This document shows positions 27,301-40,179 of a stretch of DNA of 64,000 bases, in pieces. The translations under genes were made by a program, and so were the position numbers. The notes below the pieces were generated by a model that was not told where the DNA came from, searched no databases, and worked only from the letters and a program-made list of their open reading frames with translations. Numbering within the stretch: position 1 is the first letter of the stretch; each line of letters opens with the position of its first letter. Location: assembly GCA_964016885.1 (NCBI GenBank), contig CAXHJY010000346.1:1-64000 (forward strand), read 5' to 3'. This DNA comes from Eledone cirrhosa (taxonomy: Eukaryota).

Positions 27301-29737
27301 TTACAGATCGATCCGACCACGGGCGGCCGGCCCGCGATTGAAAAGGTAACTCCGCCGGCAAATCGTCATTTTTGGATTCGTTTTCTTCGAAGCACACCAT
27401 TCGCCGGCGGACTTTGTTGACGTTTAACACGGTTTGGTTCCACAGCCACAACTATTGATTTTACGGAGATATCTTGCTGAAATTCACGCCACCCATAGCC
27501 AATGAGTGTCTGCACATGTACCAGTAATTACAGATCGATCCGACCACGGGCGGCCGGCCCGCGATTGAAAAGGTAACTCCGCCGGCAAATCGTCATTTTT
27601 GGATTCGTTTTCTTCGAAGCACACCATTCGCCGGCGGACTTTGCTGACGTTTAACACGGTTTGGTTCCACAGCCACAACTATTGATTTTACGGAGATATC
27701 TTGCTGAAATTCACGCCACCCATAGCCAATGAGTGTCTGCACATCTACCAGTAATTACAGATCGATCCGACCACGGGCGGCCGGCCCGCGATTGAAAAGG
27801 TAACTCCGCCGGCAAATCGTCATTTTTGGATTCGTTTTCTTCGAAGCACACCATTCGCCGGCGGACTTTGTTGACGTTTAACACGGTTTGGTTCCACAGC
27901 CACAACTATTGATTTTACGGAGATATCTTGCTGAAATTCACGCCACCCATAGCCAATGAGTGTCTGCACATGTACCAGTAATTACAGATCGATCCGACCA
28001 CGGGCGGCCGGCCCGCGATTGAAAAGGTAACTCCGCCGGCAAATCGTCATTTTTGGATTCGTTTTCTTCGAAGCACACCATTCGCCGGCGGACTTTGCTG
28101 ACGTTTAACACGGTTTGGTTCCACAGCCACAACTATTGATTTTACGGAGATATCTTGCTGAAATTCACGCCACCCATAGCCAATGAGTGTCTGCACAGGT
28201 ACCAGTAATTACAGATCGATCCGACCACGGGCGGCCGGCCCGCGATTGAAAAGGTAACTCCGCCGGCAAATCGTCATTTTTGGATTCGTTTTCTTCGAAG
28301 CACACCATTCGCCGGCGGACTTTGTTGACGTTTAACACGGTTTGGTTCCACAGCCACAACTATTGATATTACGGAGATATCTTGCTGAAATTCACGCCAC
28401 CCATAGCCAATGAGTGTCTGCACAGGTACCAGTAATTACAGAACGATCCGACCACGTGCGGCCGGCCCGCGATTGAAAAGGTAACTCCGCCGGCAAATCG
28501 TCATTTTTGGATTCGTTTTCTTCGAAGCACACCATTCGCCGGCGGACTTTGCTGACGTTTAACACGGTTTGGTTCCACAGCCACAACTATTGATTTTACG
28601 GAGATATCTTGCTGAAATTCACGCCACACATAGCCAATGAGTGTCTGCACATGTACCAGTAATTACAGATCGATCCGACCACGGGCGGCCGGCCCGCGAT
28701 TGAAAAGGTAACTCCGCCGGCAAATCGTCATTTTTGGATTCGTTTTCTTCGAAGCACACCATTTGCCGGCGGACTTTGCTGACGTTTAACACGGTTTGGT
28801 TCCACAGCCACAACTATTGATTTTACGGAGATATCTTGCTGAAATTCACGCCACACATAGCCAATGAGTGTCTGCACATGTACCAGTAATTACAGATCGA
28901 TCCGACCACGGGCGGCCGGCCCGCGATTGAAAAGGTAACTCCGCCGGCAAATCGTCATTTTTGGATTCGTTTTCTTCGAAGCACACCATTCGCCGGCGGA
29001 CTTTGTTGACGTTTAACACGGTTTGGTTCCACAGCCACAACTATTGATTTTACGGAGATATCTTGCTGAAATTCACGCCACCCATAGCCAATGAGTGTCT
29101 GCACATCTACCAGTAATTACAGATCGATCCGACCACGGGCGGCCGGCCCGCGATTGAAAAGGTAACTCCGCCGGCAAATCGTCATTTTTGGATTCGTTTT
29201 CTTCGAAGCACACCATTCGCCGGCGGACTTTGCTGACGTTTAACACGGTTTGGTTCCACAGCCACAACTATTGATTTTACGGAGATATCTTGCTGAAATT
29301 CACGCCACCCATAGCCAATGAGTGTCTGCACATCTACCAGTAATTACAGATCGATCCGACCACGGGCGGCCGGCCCGCGATTGAAAAGGTAACTCCGCCG
29401 GCAAATCGTCATTTTTGGATTCGTTTTCTTCGAAGCACACCATTCGCCGGCGGACTTTGTTGACGTTTAACACGGTTTGGTTCCACAGCCACAACTATTG
29501 ATTTTACGGAGATATCTTGCTGAAATTCACGCCACCCATAGCCAATGAGTGTCTGCACATGTACCAGTAATTACAGATCGATCCGACCACGGGCGGCCGG
29601 CCCGCGATTGAAAAGGTAACTCCGCCGGCAAATCGTCATTTTTGGATTCGTTTTCTTCGAAGCACACCATTCGCCGGCGGACTTTGCTGACGTTTAACAC
29701 GGTTTGGTTCCACAGCCACAACTATTGATTTTACGGA
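9308..29737. repeat. 33-monomer block (9308-16798) repeated at 22247-29737, offset 57 monomers (12939 bp)
   Basis: The order of monomer types 42-74 equals that of 99-131. The only differences I saw are T52C at 22979 and T220A at 28368. Confidence 0.8.
13621..24516. repeat. Tandem block duplication, period 24 monomers (5448 bp)
   Basis: Monomers 61-84 repeat as 85-108, with one difference at position 50 of monomer 83. Private T52C (ITGGC in the ORF track) occurs only at 17531 and 22979. Recombinant monomers at 15437 and 20885 share the same offset. Confidence 0.9.
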
Positions 29738-32700
29738 GATATCTTGCTGAAATTCACGCCACCCATAGCCAATGAGTGTCTGCACAGGTACCAGTAATTA
29801 CAGATCGATCCGACCACGGGCGGCCGGCCCGCGATTGAAAAGGTAACTCCGCCGGCAAATCGTCATTTTTGGATTCGTTTTCTTCGAAGCACACCATTCG
29901 CCGGCGGACTTTGTTGACGTTTAACACGGTTTGGTTCCACAGCCACAACTATTGATTTTACGGAGATATCTTGCTGAAATTCACGCCACCCATAGCCAAT
30001 GAGTGTCTGCACATGTACCAGTAATTACAGATCGATCCGACCACGGGCGGCCGGCCCGCGATTGAAAAGGTAACTCCGCCGGCAAATCGTCATTTTTGGA
30101 TTCGTTTTCTTCGAAGCACACCATTCGCCGGCGGACTTTGCTGACGTTTAACACGGTTTGGTTCCACAGCCACAACTATTGATTTTACGGAGATATCTTG
30201 CTGAAATTCACGCCACACATAGCCAATGAGTGTCTGCACATGTACCAGTAATTACAGATCGATCCGACCACGGGCGGCCGGCCCGCGATTGAAAAGGTAA
30301 CTCCGCCGGCAAATCGTCATTTTTGGATTCGTTTTCTTCGAAGCACACCATTTGCCGGCGGACTTTGCTGACGTTTAACACGGTTTGGTTCCACAGCCAC
30401 AACTATTGATTTTACGGAGATATCTTGCTGAAATTCACGCCACACATAGCCAATGAGTGTCTGCACATGTACCAGTAATTACAGATCGATCCGACCACGG
30501 GCGGCCGGCCCGCGATTGAAAAGGTAACTCCGCCGGCAAATCGTCATTTTTGGATTCGTTTTCTTCGAAGCACACCATTCGCCGGCGGACTTTGTTGACG
30601 TTTAACACGGTTTGGTTCCACAGCCACAACTATTGATTTTACGGAGATATCTTGCTGAAATTCACGCCACCCATAGCCAATGAGTGTCTGCACAGGTACC
30701 AGTAATTACAGAACGATCCGACCACGTGCGGCCGGCCCGCGATTGAAAAGGTAACTCCGCCGGCAAATCGTCATTTTTGGATTCGTTTTCTTCGAAGCAC
30801 ACCATTCGCCGGCAGACTTTGTTGACGTTTAACACGGTTTGGTTCCACAGCCACAACTATTGATTTTACGGAGATATCTTGCTGAAATTCACGCCACACA
30901 TAGCCAATGAGTGTCTGCACATGTACCAGTAATTACAGATCGATCCGACCACGGGCGGCCGGCCCGCGATTGAAAAGGTAACTCCGCCGGCAAATCGTCA
31001 TTTTTGGATTCGTTTTCTTCGAAGCACACCATTCGCCGGCGGACTTTGTTGACGTTTAACACGGTTTGGTTCCACAGCCACAACTATTGATTTTACGGAG
31101 ATATCTTGCTGAAATTCACGCCACCCATAGCCAATGAGTGTCTGCACATGTACCAGTAATTACAGATCGATCCGACCACGGGCGGCCGGCCCGCGATTGA
31201 AAAGGTAACTCCGCCGGCAAATCGTCATTTTTGGATTCGTTTTCTTCGAAGCACACCATTCGCCGGCGGACTTTGCTGACGTTTAACACGGTTTGGTTCC
31301 ACAGCCACAACTATTGATTTTACGGAGATATCTTGCTGAAATTCACGCCACCCATAGCCAATGAGTGTCTGCACAGGTACCAGTAATTACAGATCGATCC
31401 GACCACGGGCGGCCGGCCCGCGATTGAAAAGGTAACTCCGCCGGCAAATCGTCATTTTTGGATTCGTTTTCTTCGAAGCACACCATTCGCCGGCGGACTT
31501 TGTTGACGTTTAACACGGTTTGGTTCCACAGCCACAACTATTGATTTTACGGAGATATCTTGCTGAAATTCACGCCACCCATAGCCAATGAGTGTCTGCA
31601 CATGTACCAGTAATTACAGATCGATCCGACCACGGGCGGCCGGCCCGCGATTGAAAAGGTAACTCCGCCGGCAAATCGTCATTTTTGGATTCGTTTTCTT
31701 CGAAGCACACCATTCGCCGGCGGACTTTGCTGACGTTTAACACGGTTTGGTTCCACAGCCACAACTATTGATTTTACGGAGATATCTTGCTGAAATTCAC
31801 GCCACACATAGCCAATGAGTGTCTGCACATGTACCAGTAATTACAGATCGATCCGACCACGGGCGGCCGGCCCGCGATTGAAAAGGTAACTCCGCCGGCA
31901 AATCGTCATTTTTGGATTCGTTTTCTTCGAAGCACACCATTCGCCGGCGGACTTTGTTGACGTTTAACACGGTTTGGTTCCACAGCCACAACTATTGATT
32001 TTACGGAGATATCTTGTTGAAATTCACGCCACCCATAGCCAATGAGTGTCTGCACATGTACCAGTAATTACAGATCGATCCGACCACGGGCGGCCGGCCC
32101 GCGATTGAAAAGGTAACTCCGCCGGCAAATCGTCATTTTTGGATTCGTTTTCTTCGAAGCACACCATTCGCCGGCGGACTTTGCTGACGTTTAACACGGT
32201 TTGGTTCCACAGCCACAACTATTGATTTTACGGAGATATCTTGCTGAAATTCACGCCACCCATAGCCAATGAGTGTCTGCACAGGTACCAGTAATTACAG
32301 ATCGATCCGACCACGGGCGGCCGGCCCGCGATTGAAAAGGTAACTCCGCCGGCAAATCGTCATTTTTGGATTCGTTTTCTTCGAAGCACACCATTCGCCG
32401 GCGGACTTTGTTGACGTTTAACACGGTTTGGTTCCACAGCCACAACTATTGATTTTACGGAGATATCTTGCTGAAATTCACGCCACCCATAGCCAATGAG
32501 TGTCTGCACATGTACCAGTAATTACAGATCGATCCGACCACGGGCGGCCGGCCCGCGATTGAAAAGGTAACTCCGCCGGCAAATCGTCATTTTTGGATTC
32601 GTTTTCTTCGAAGCACACCATTCGCCGGCGGACTTTGCTGACGTTTAACACGGTTTGGTTCCACAGCCACAACTATTGATTTTACGGAGATATCTTGCTG

Positions 32701-35700
32701 AAATTCACGCCACCCATAGCCAATGAGTGTCTGCACATCTACCAGTAATTACAGATCGATCCGACCACGGGCGGCCGGCCCGCGATTGAAAAGGTAACTC
32801 CGCCGGCAAATCGTCATTTTTGGATTCGTTTTCTTCGAAGCACACCATTCGCCGGCGGACTTTGCTGACGTTTAACACGGTTTGGTTCCACAGCCACAAC
32901 TATTGATTTTACGGAGATATCTTGCTGAAATTCACGCCACACATAGCCAATGAGTGTCTGCACATGTACCAGTAATTACAGATCGATCCGACCACGGGCG
33001 GCCGGCCCGCGATTGAAAAGGTAACTCCGCCGGCAAATCGTCATTTTTGGATTCGTTTTCTTCGAAGCACACCATTCGCCGGCGGACTTTGTTGACGTTT
33101 AACACGGTTTGGTTCCACAGCCACAACTATTGATTTTACGGAGATATCTTGCTGAAATTCACGCCACACATAGCCAATGAGTGTCTGCACATGTACCAGT
33201 AATTACAGATCGATCCGACCACGGGCGGCCGGGCCGCGATTGAAAAGGTAACTCCGCCGGCAAATCGTCATTTTTGGATTCGTTTTCTTCGAAGCACACC
33301 ATTCGCCGGCGGACTTTGCTGACGTTTAACACGGTTTGGTTCCACAGCCACAACTATTGATTTTACGGAGATATCTTGCTGAAATTCACGCCACCCATAG
33401 CCAATGAGTGTCTGCACATGTACCAGTAATTACAGATCGATCCGACCACGGGCGGCCGGCCCGCGATTGAAAAGGTAACTCCGCCGGCAAATCGTCATTT
33501 TTGGATTCGTTTTCTTCGAAGCACACCATTCGCCGGCGGACTTTGCTGACGTTTAACACGGTTTGGTTCCACAGCCACAACTATTGATTTTACGGAGATA
33601 TCTTGCTGAAATTCACGCCACCCATAGCCAATGAGTGTCTGCACAGGTACCAGTAATTACAGATCGATCCGACCACGGGCGGCCGGCCCGCGATTGAAAA
33701 GGTAACTCCGCCGGCAAATCGTCATTTTTGGATTCGTTTTCTTCGAAGCACACCATTCGCCGGCGGACTTTGTTGACGTTTAACACGGTTTGGTTCCACA
33801 GCCACAACTATTGATTTTACGGAGATATCTTGCTGAAATTCACGCCACCCATAGCCAATGAGTGTCTGCACATGTACCAGTAATTACAGATCGATCCGAC
33901 CACGGGCGGCCGGCCCGCGATTGAAAAGGTAACTCCGCCGGCAAATCGTCATTTTTGGATTCGTTTTCTTCGAAGCACACCATTTGCCGGCGGACTTTGC
34001 TGACGTTTAACACGGTTTGGTTCCACAGCCACAACTATTGATTTTACGGAGATATCTTGCTGAAATTCACGCCACACATAGCCAATGAGTGTCTGCACAT
34101 GTACCAGTAATTACAGATCGATCCGACCACGGGCGGCCGGCCCGCGATTGAAAAGGTAACTCCGCCGGCAAATCGTCATTTTTGGATTCGTTTTCTTCGA
34201 AGCACACCATTCGCCGGCGGACTTTGTTGACGTTTAACACGGTTTGGTTCCACAGCCACAACTATTGATTTTACGGAGATATCTTGCTGAAATTCACGCC
34301 ACCCATAGCCAATGAGTGTCTGCACATCTACCAGTAATTACAGATCGATCCGACCACGGGCGGCCGGCCCGCGATTGAAAAGGTAACTCCGCCGGCAAAT
34401 CGTCATTTTTGGATTCGTTTTCTTCGAAGCACACCATTCGCCGGCGGACTTTGCTGACGTTTAACACGGTTTGGTTCCACAGCCACAACTATTGATTTTA
34501 CGGAGATATCTTGCTGAAATTCACGCCACCCATAGCCAATGAGTGTCTGCACATCTACCAGTAATTACAGATCGATCCGACCACGGGCGGCCGGCCCGCG
34601 ATTGAAAAGGTAACTCCGCCGGCAAATCGTCATTTTTGGATTCGTTTTCTTCGAAGCACACCATTCGCCGGCGGACTTTGTTGACGTTTAACACGGTTTG
34701 GTTCCACAGCCACAACTATTGATTTTACGGAGATATCTTGCTGAAATTCACGCCACCCATAGCCAATGAGTGTCTGCACATGTACCAGTAATTACAGATC
34801 GATCCGACCACGGGCGGCCGGCCCGCGATTGAAAAGGTAACTCCGCCGGCAAATCGTCATTTTTGGATTCGTTTTCTTCGAAGCACACCATTCGCCGGCG
34901 GACTTTGCTGACGTTTAACACGGTTTGGTTCCACAGCCACAACTATTGATTTTACGGAGATATCTTGCTGAAATTCACGCCACCCATAGCCAATGAGTGT
35001 CTGCACAGGTACCAGTAATTACAGATCGATCCGACCACGGGCGGCCGGCCCGCGATTGAAAAGGTAACTCCGCCGGCAAATCGTCATTTTTGGATTCGTT
35101 TTCTTCGAAGCACACCATTCGCCGGCGGACTTTGTTGACGTTTAACACGGTTTGGTTCCACAGCCACAACTATTGATTTTACGGAGATATCTTGCTGAAA
35201 TTCACGCCACCCATAGCCAATGAGTGTCTGCACATGTACCAGTAATTACAGATCGATCCGACCACGGGCGGCCGGCCCGCGATTGAAAAGGTAACTCCGC
35301 CGGCAAATCGTCATTTTTGGATTCGTTTTCTTCGAAGCACACCATTCGCCGGCGGACTTTGCTGACGTTTAACACGGTTTGGTTCCACAGCCACAACTAT
35401 TGATTTTACGGAGATATCTTGCTGAAATTCACGCCACACATAGCCAATGAGTGTCTGCACATGTACCAGTAATTACAGATCGATCCGACCACGGGCGGCC
35501 GGCCCGCGATTGAAAAGGTAACTCCGCCGGCAAATCGTCATTTTTGGATTCGTTTTCTTCGAAGCACACCATTTGCCGGCGGACTTTGCTGACGTTTAAC
35601 ACGGTTTGGTTCCACAGCCACAACTATTGATTTTACGGAGATATCTTGCTGAAATTCACGCCACACATAGCCAATGAGTGTCTGCACATGTACCAGTAAT

Positions 35701-38136
35701 TACAGATCGATCCGACCACGGGCGGCCGGCCCGCGATTGAAAAGGTAACTCCGCCGGCAAATCGTCATTTTTGGATTCGTTTTCTTCGAAGCACACCATT
35801 CGCCGGCGGACTTTGTTGACGTTTAACACGGTTTGGTTCCACAGCCACAACTATTGATTTTACGGAGATATCTTGCTGAAATTCACGCCACCCATAGCCA
35901 ATGAGTGTCTGCACATGTACCAGTAATTACAGATCGATCCGACCACGGGCGGCCGGCCCGCGATTGAAAAGGTAACTCCGCCGGCAAATCGTCATTTTTG
36001 GATTCGTTTTCTTCGAAGCACACCATTCGCCGGCGGACTTTGCTGACGTTTAACACGGTTTGGTTCCACAGCCACAACTATTGATTTTACGGAGATATCT
36101 TGCTGAAATTCACGCCACCCATAGCCAATGAGTGTCTGCACAGGTACCAGTAATTACAGATCGATCCGACCACGGGCGGCCGGCCCGCGATTGAAAAGGT
36201 AACTCCGCCGGCAAATCGTCATTTTTGGATTCGTTTTCTTCGAAGCACACCATTCGCCGGCGGACTTTGTTGACGTTTAACACGGTTTGGTTCCACAGCC
36301 ACAACTATTGATTTTACGGAGATATCTTGCTGAAATTCACGCCACCCATAGCCAATGAGTGTCTGCACATGTACCAGTAATTACAGATCGATCCGACCAC
36401 GGGCGGCCGGCCCGCGATTGAAAAGGTAACTCCGCCGGCAAATCGTCATTTTTGGATTCGTTTTCTTCGAAGCACACCATTCGCCGGCGGACTTTGCTGA
36501 CGTTTAACACGGTTTGGTTCCACAGCCACAACTATTGATTTTACGGAGATATCTTGCTGAAATTCACGCCACACATAGCCAATGAGTGTCTGCACATGTA
36601 CCAGTAATTACAGATCGATCCGACCACGGGCGGCCGGCCCGCGATTGAAAAGGTAACTCCGCCGGCAAATCGTCATTTTTGGATTCGTTTTCTTCGAAGC
36701 ACACCATTCGCCGGCGGACTTTGTTGACGTTTAACACGGTTTGGTTCCACAGCCACAACTATTGATTTTACGGAGATATCTTGTTGAAATTCACGCCACC
36801 CATAGCCAATGAGTGTCTGCACATGTACCAGTAATTACAGATCGATCCGACCACGGGCGGCCGGCCCGCGATTGAAAAGGTAACTCCGCCGGCAAATCGT
36901 CATTTTTGGATTCGTTTTCTTCGAAGCACACCATTCGCCGGCGGACTTTGCTGACGTTTAACACGGTTTGGTTCCACAGCCACAACTATTGATTTTACGG
37001 AGATATCTTGCTGAAATTCACGCCACCCATAGCCAATGAGTGTCTGCACAGGTACCAGTAATTACAGATCGATCCGACCACGGGCGGCCGGCCCGCGATT
37101 GAAAAGGTAACTCCGCCGGCAAATCGTCATTTTTGGATTCGTTTTCTTCGAAGCACACCATTCGCCGGCGGACTTTGTTGACGTTTAACACGGTTTGGTT
37201 CCACAGCCACAACTATTGATTTTACGGAGATATCTTGCTGAAATTCACGCCACCCATAGCCAATGAGTGTCTGCACATGTACCAGTAATTACAGATCGAT
37301 CCGACCACGGGCGGCCGGCCCGCGATTGAAAAGGTAACTCCGCCGGCAAATCGTCATTTTTGGATTCGTTTTCTTCGAAGCACACCATTCGCCGGCGGAC
37401 TTTGCTGACGTTTAACACGGTTTGGTTCCACAGCCACAACTATTGATTTTACGGAGATATCTTGCTGAAATTCACGCCACCCATAGCCAATGAGTGTCTG
37501 CACATCTACCAGTAATTACAGATCGATCCGACCACGGGCGGCCGGCCCGCGATTGAAAAGGTAACTCCGCCGGCAAATCGTCATTTTTGGATTCGTTTTC
37601 TTCGAAGCACACCATTCGCCGGCGGACTTTGCTGACGTTTAACACGGTTTGGTTCCACAGCCACAACTATTGATTTTACGGAGATATCTTGCTGAAATTC
37701 ACGCCACACATAGCCAATGAGTGTCTGCACATGTACCAGTAATTACAGATCGATCCGACCACGGGCGGCCGGCCCGCGATTGAAAAGGTAACTCCGCCGG
37801 CAAATCGTCATTTTTGGATTCGTTTTCTTCGAAGCACACCATTCGCCGGCGGACTTTGTTGACGTTTAACACGGTTTGGTTCCACAGCCACAACTATTGA
37901 TTTTACGGAGATATCTTGCTGAAATTCACGCCACACATAGCCAATGAGTGTCTGCACATGTACCAGTAATTACAGATCGATCCGACCACGGGCGGCCGGG
38001 CCGCGATTGAAAAGGTAACTCCGCCGGCAAATCGTCATTTTTGGATTCGTTTTCTTCGAAGCACACCATTCGCCGGCGGACTTTGCTGACGTTTAACACG
38101 GTTTGGTTCCACAGCCACAACTATTGATTTTACGGA
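28830..38136. repeat. Block duplication with offset 23 monomers, shortening to 21 monomers (4767 bp)
   Basis: Monomers 128-135 match 151-158 (offset 23) and 137-147 match 158-168 (offset 21). Private C10T occurs only at 32017 and 36784. Confidence 0.8.
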
Positions 38137-40179
38137 GATATCTTGCTGAAATTCACGCCACACATAGCCAATGAGTGTCTGCACATGTACCAGTAATTAC
38201 AGATCGATCCGACCACGGGCGGCCGGCCCGCGATTGAAAAGGTAACTCCGCCGGCAAATCGTCATTTTTGGATTCGTTTTCTTCGAAGCACACCATTTGC
38301 CGGCGGACTTTGCTGACGTTTAACACGGTTTGGTTCCACAGCCACAACTATTGATTTTACGGAGATATCTTGCTGAAATTCACGCCACACATAGCCAATG
38401 AGTGTCTGCACATGTACCAGTAATTACAGATCGATCCGACCACGGGCGGCCGGCCCGCGATTGAAAAGGTAACTCCGCCGGCAAATCGTCATTTTTGGAT
38501 TCGTTTTCTTCGAAGCACACCATTCGCCGGCGGACTTTGTTGACGTTTAACACGGTTTGGTTCCACAGCCACAACTATTGATTTTACGGAGATATCTTGC
38601 TGAAATTCACGCCACCCATAGCCAATGAGTGTCTGCACATGTACCAGTAATTACAGATCGATCCGACCACGGGCGGCCGGCCCGCGATTGAAAAGGTAAC
38701 TCCGCCGGCAAATCGTCATTTTTGGATTCGTTTTCTTCGAAGCACACCATTTGCCGGCGGACTTTGCTGACGTTTAACACGGTTTGGTTCCACAGCCACA
38801 ACTATTGATTTTACGGAGATATCTTGCTGAAATTCACGCCACACATAGCCAATGAGTGTCTGCACATGTACCAGTAATTACAGATCGATCCGACCACGGG
38901 CGGCCGGCCCGCGATTGAAAAGGTAACTCCGCCGGCAAATCGTCATTTTTGGATTCGTTTTCTTCGAAGCACACCATTCGCCGGCGGACTTTGTTGACGT
39001 TTAACACGGTTTGGTTCCACAGCCACAACTATTGATTTTACGGAGATATCTTGCTGAAATTCACGCCACCCATAGCCAATGAGTGTCTGCACAGGTACCA
39101 GTAATTACAGATCGATCCGACCACGGGCGGCCGGCCCGCGATTGAAAAGGTAACTCCGCCGGCAAATCGTCATTTTTGGATTCGTTTTCTTCGAAGCACA
39201 CCATTCGCCGGCGGACTTTGCTGACGTTTAACACGGTTTGGTTCCACAGCCACAACTATTGATTTTACGGAGATATCTTGCTGAAATTCACGCCACCCAT
39301 AGCCAATGAGTGTCTGCACAGGTACCAGTAATTACAGATCGATCCGACCACGGGCGGCCGGCCCGCGATTGAAAAGGTAACTCCGCCGGCAAATCGTCAT
39401 TTTTGGATTCGTTTTCTTCGAAGCACACCATTCGCCGGCGGACTTTGTTGACGTTTAACACGGTTTGGTTCCACAGCCACAACTATTGATTTTACGGAGA
39501 TATCTTGCTGAAATTCACGCCACCCATAGCCAATGAGTGTCTGCACATGTACCAGTAATTACAGATCGATCCGACCACGGGCGGCCGGCCCGCGATTGAA
39601 AAGGTAACTCCGCCGGCAAATCGTCATTTTTGGATTCGTTTTCTTCGAAGCACACCATTCGCCGGCGGACTTTGCTGACGTTTAACACGGTTTGGTTCCA
39701 CAGCCACAACTATTGATTTTACGGAGATATCTTGCTGAAATTCACGCCACACATAGCCAATGAGTGTCTGCACATGTACCAGTAATTACAGATCGATCCG
39801 ACCACGGGCGGCCGGGCCGCGATTGAAAAGGTAACTCCGCCGGCAAATCGTCATTTTTGGATTCGTTTTCTTCGAAGCACACCATTCGCCGGCGGACTTT
39901 GCTGACGTTTAACACGGTTTGGTTCCACAGCCACAACTATTGATTTTACGGAGATATCTTGCTGAAATTCACGCCACACATAGCCAATGAGTGTCTGCAC
40001 ATGTACCAGTAATTACAGATCGATCCGACCACGGGCGGCCGGCCCGCGATTGAAAAGGTAACTCCGCCGGCAAATCGTCATTTTTGGATTCGTTTTCTTC
40101 GAAGCACACCATTCGCCGGCGGACTTTGTTGACGTTTAACACGGTTTGGTTCCACAGCCACAACTATTGATTTTACGGA

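Noticed and set aside
28368-28368. Singleton T220A substitution
   Set aside because: It is a single base in one copy, within a T run, and cannot be distinguished from a consensus error without reads.
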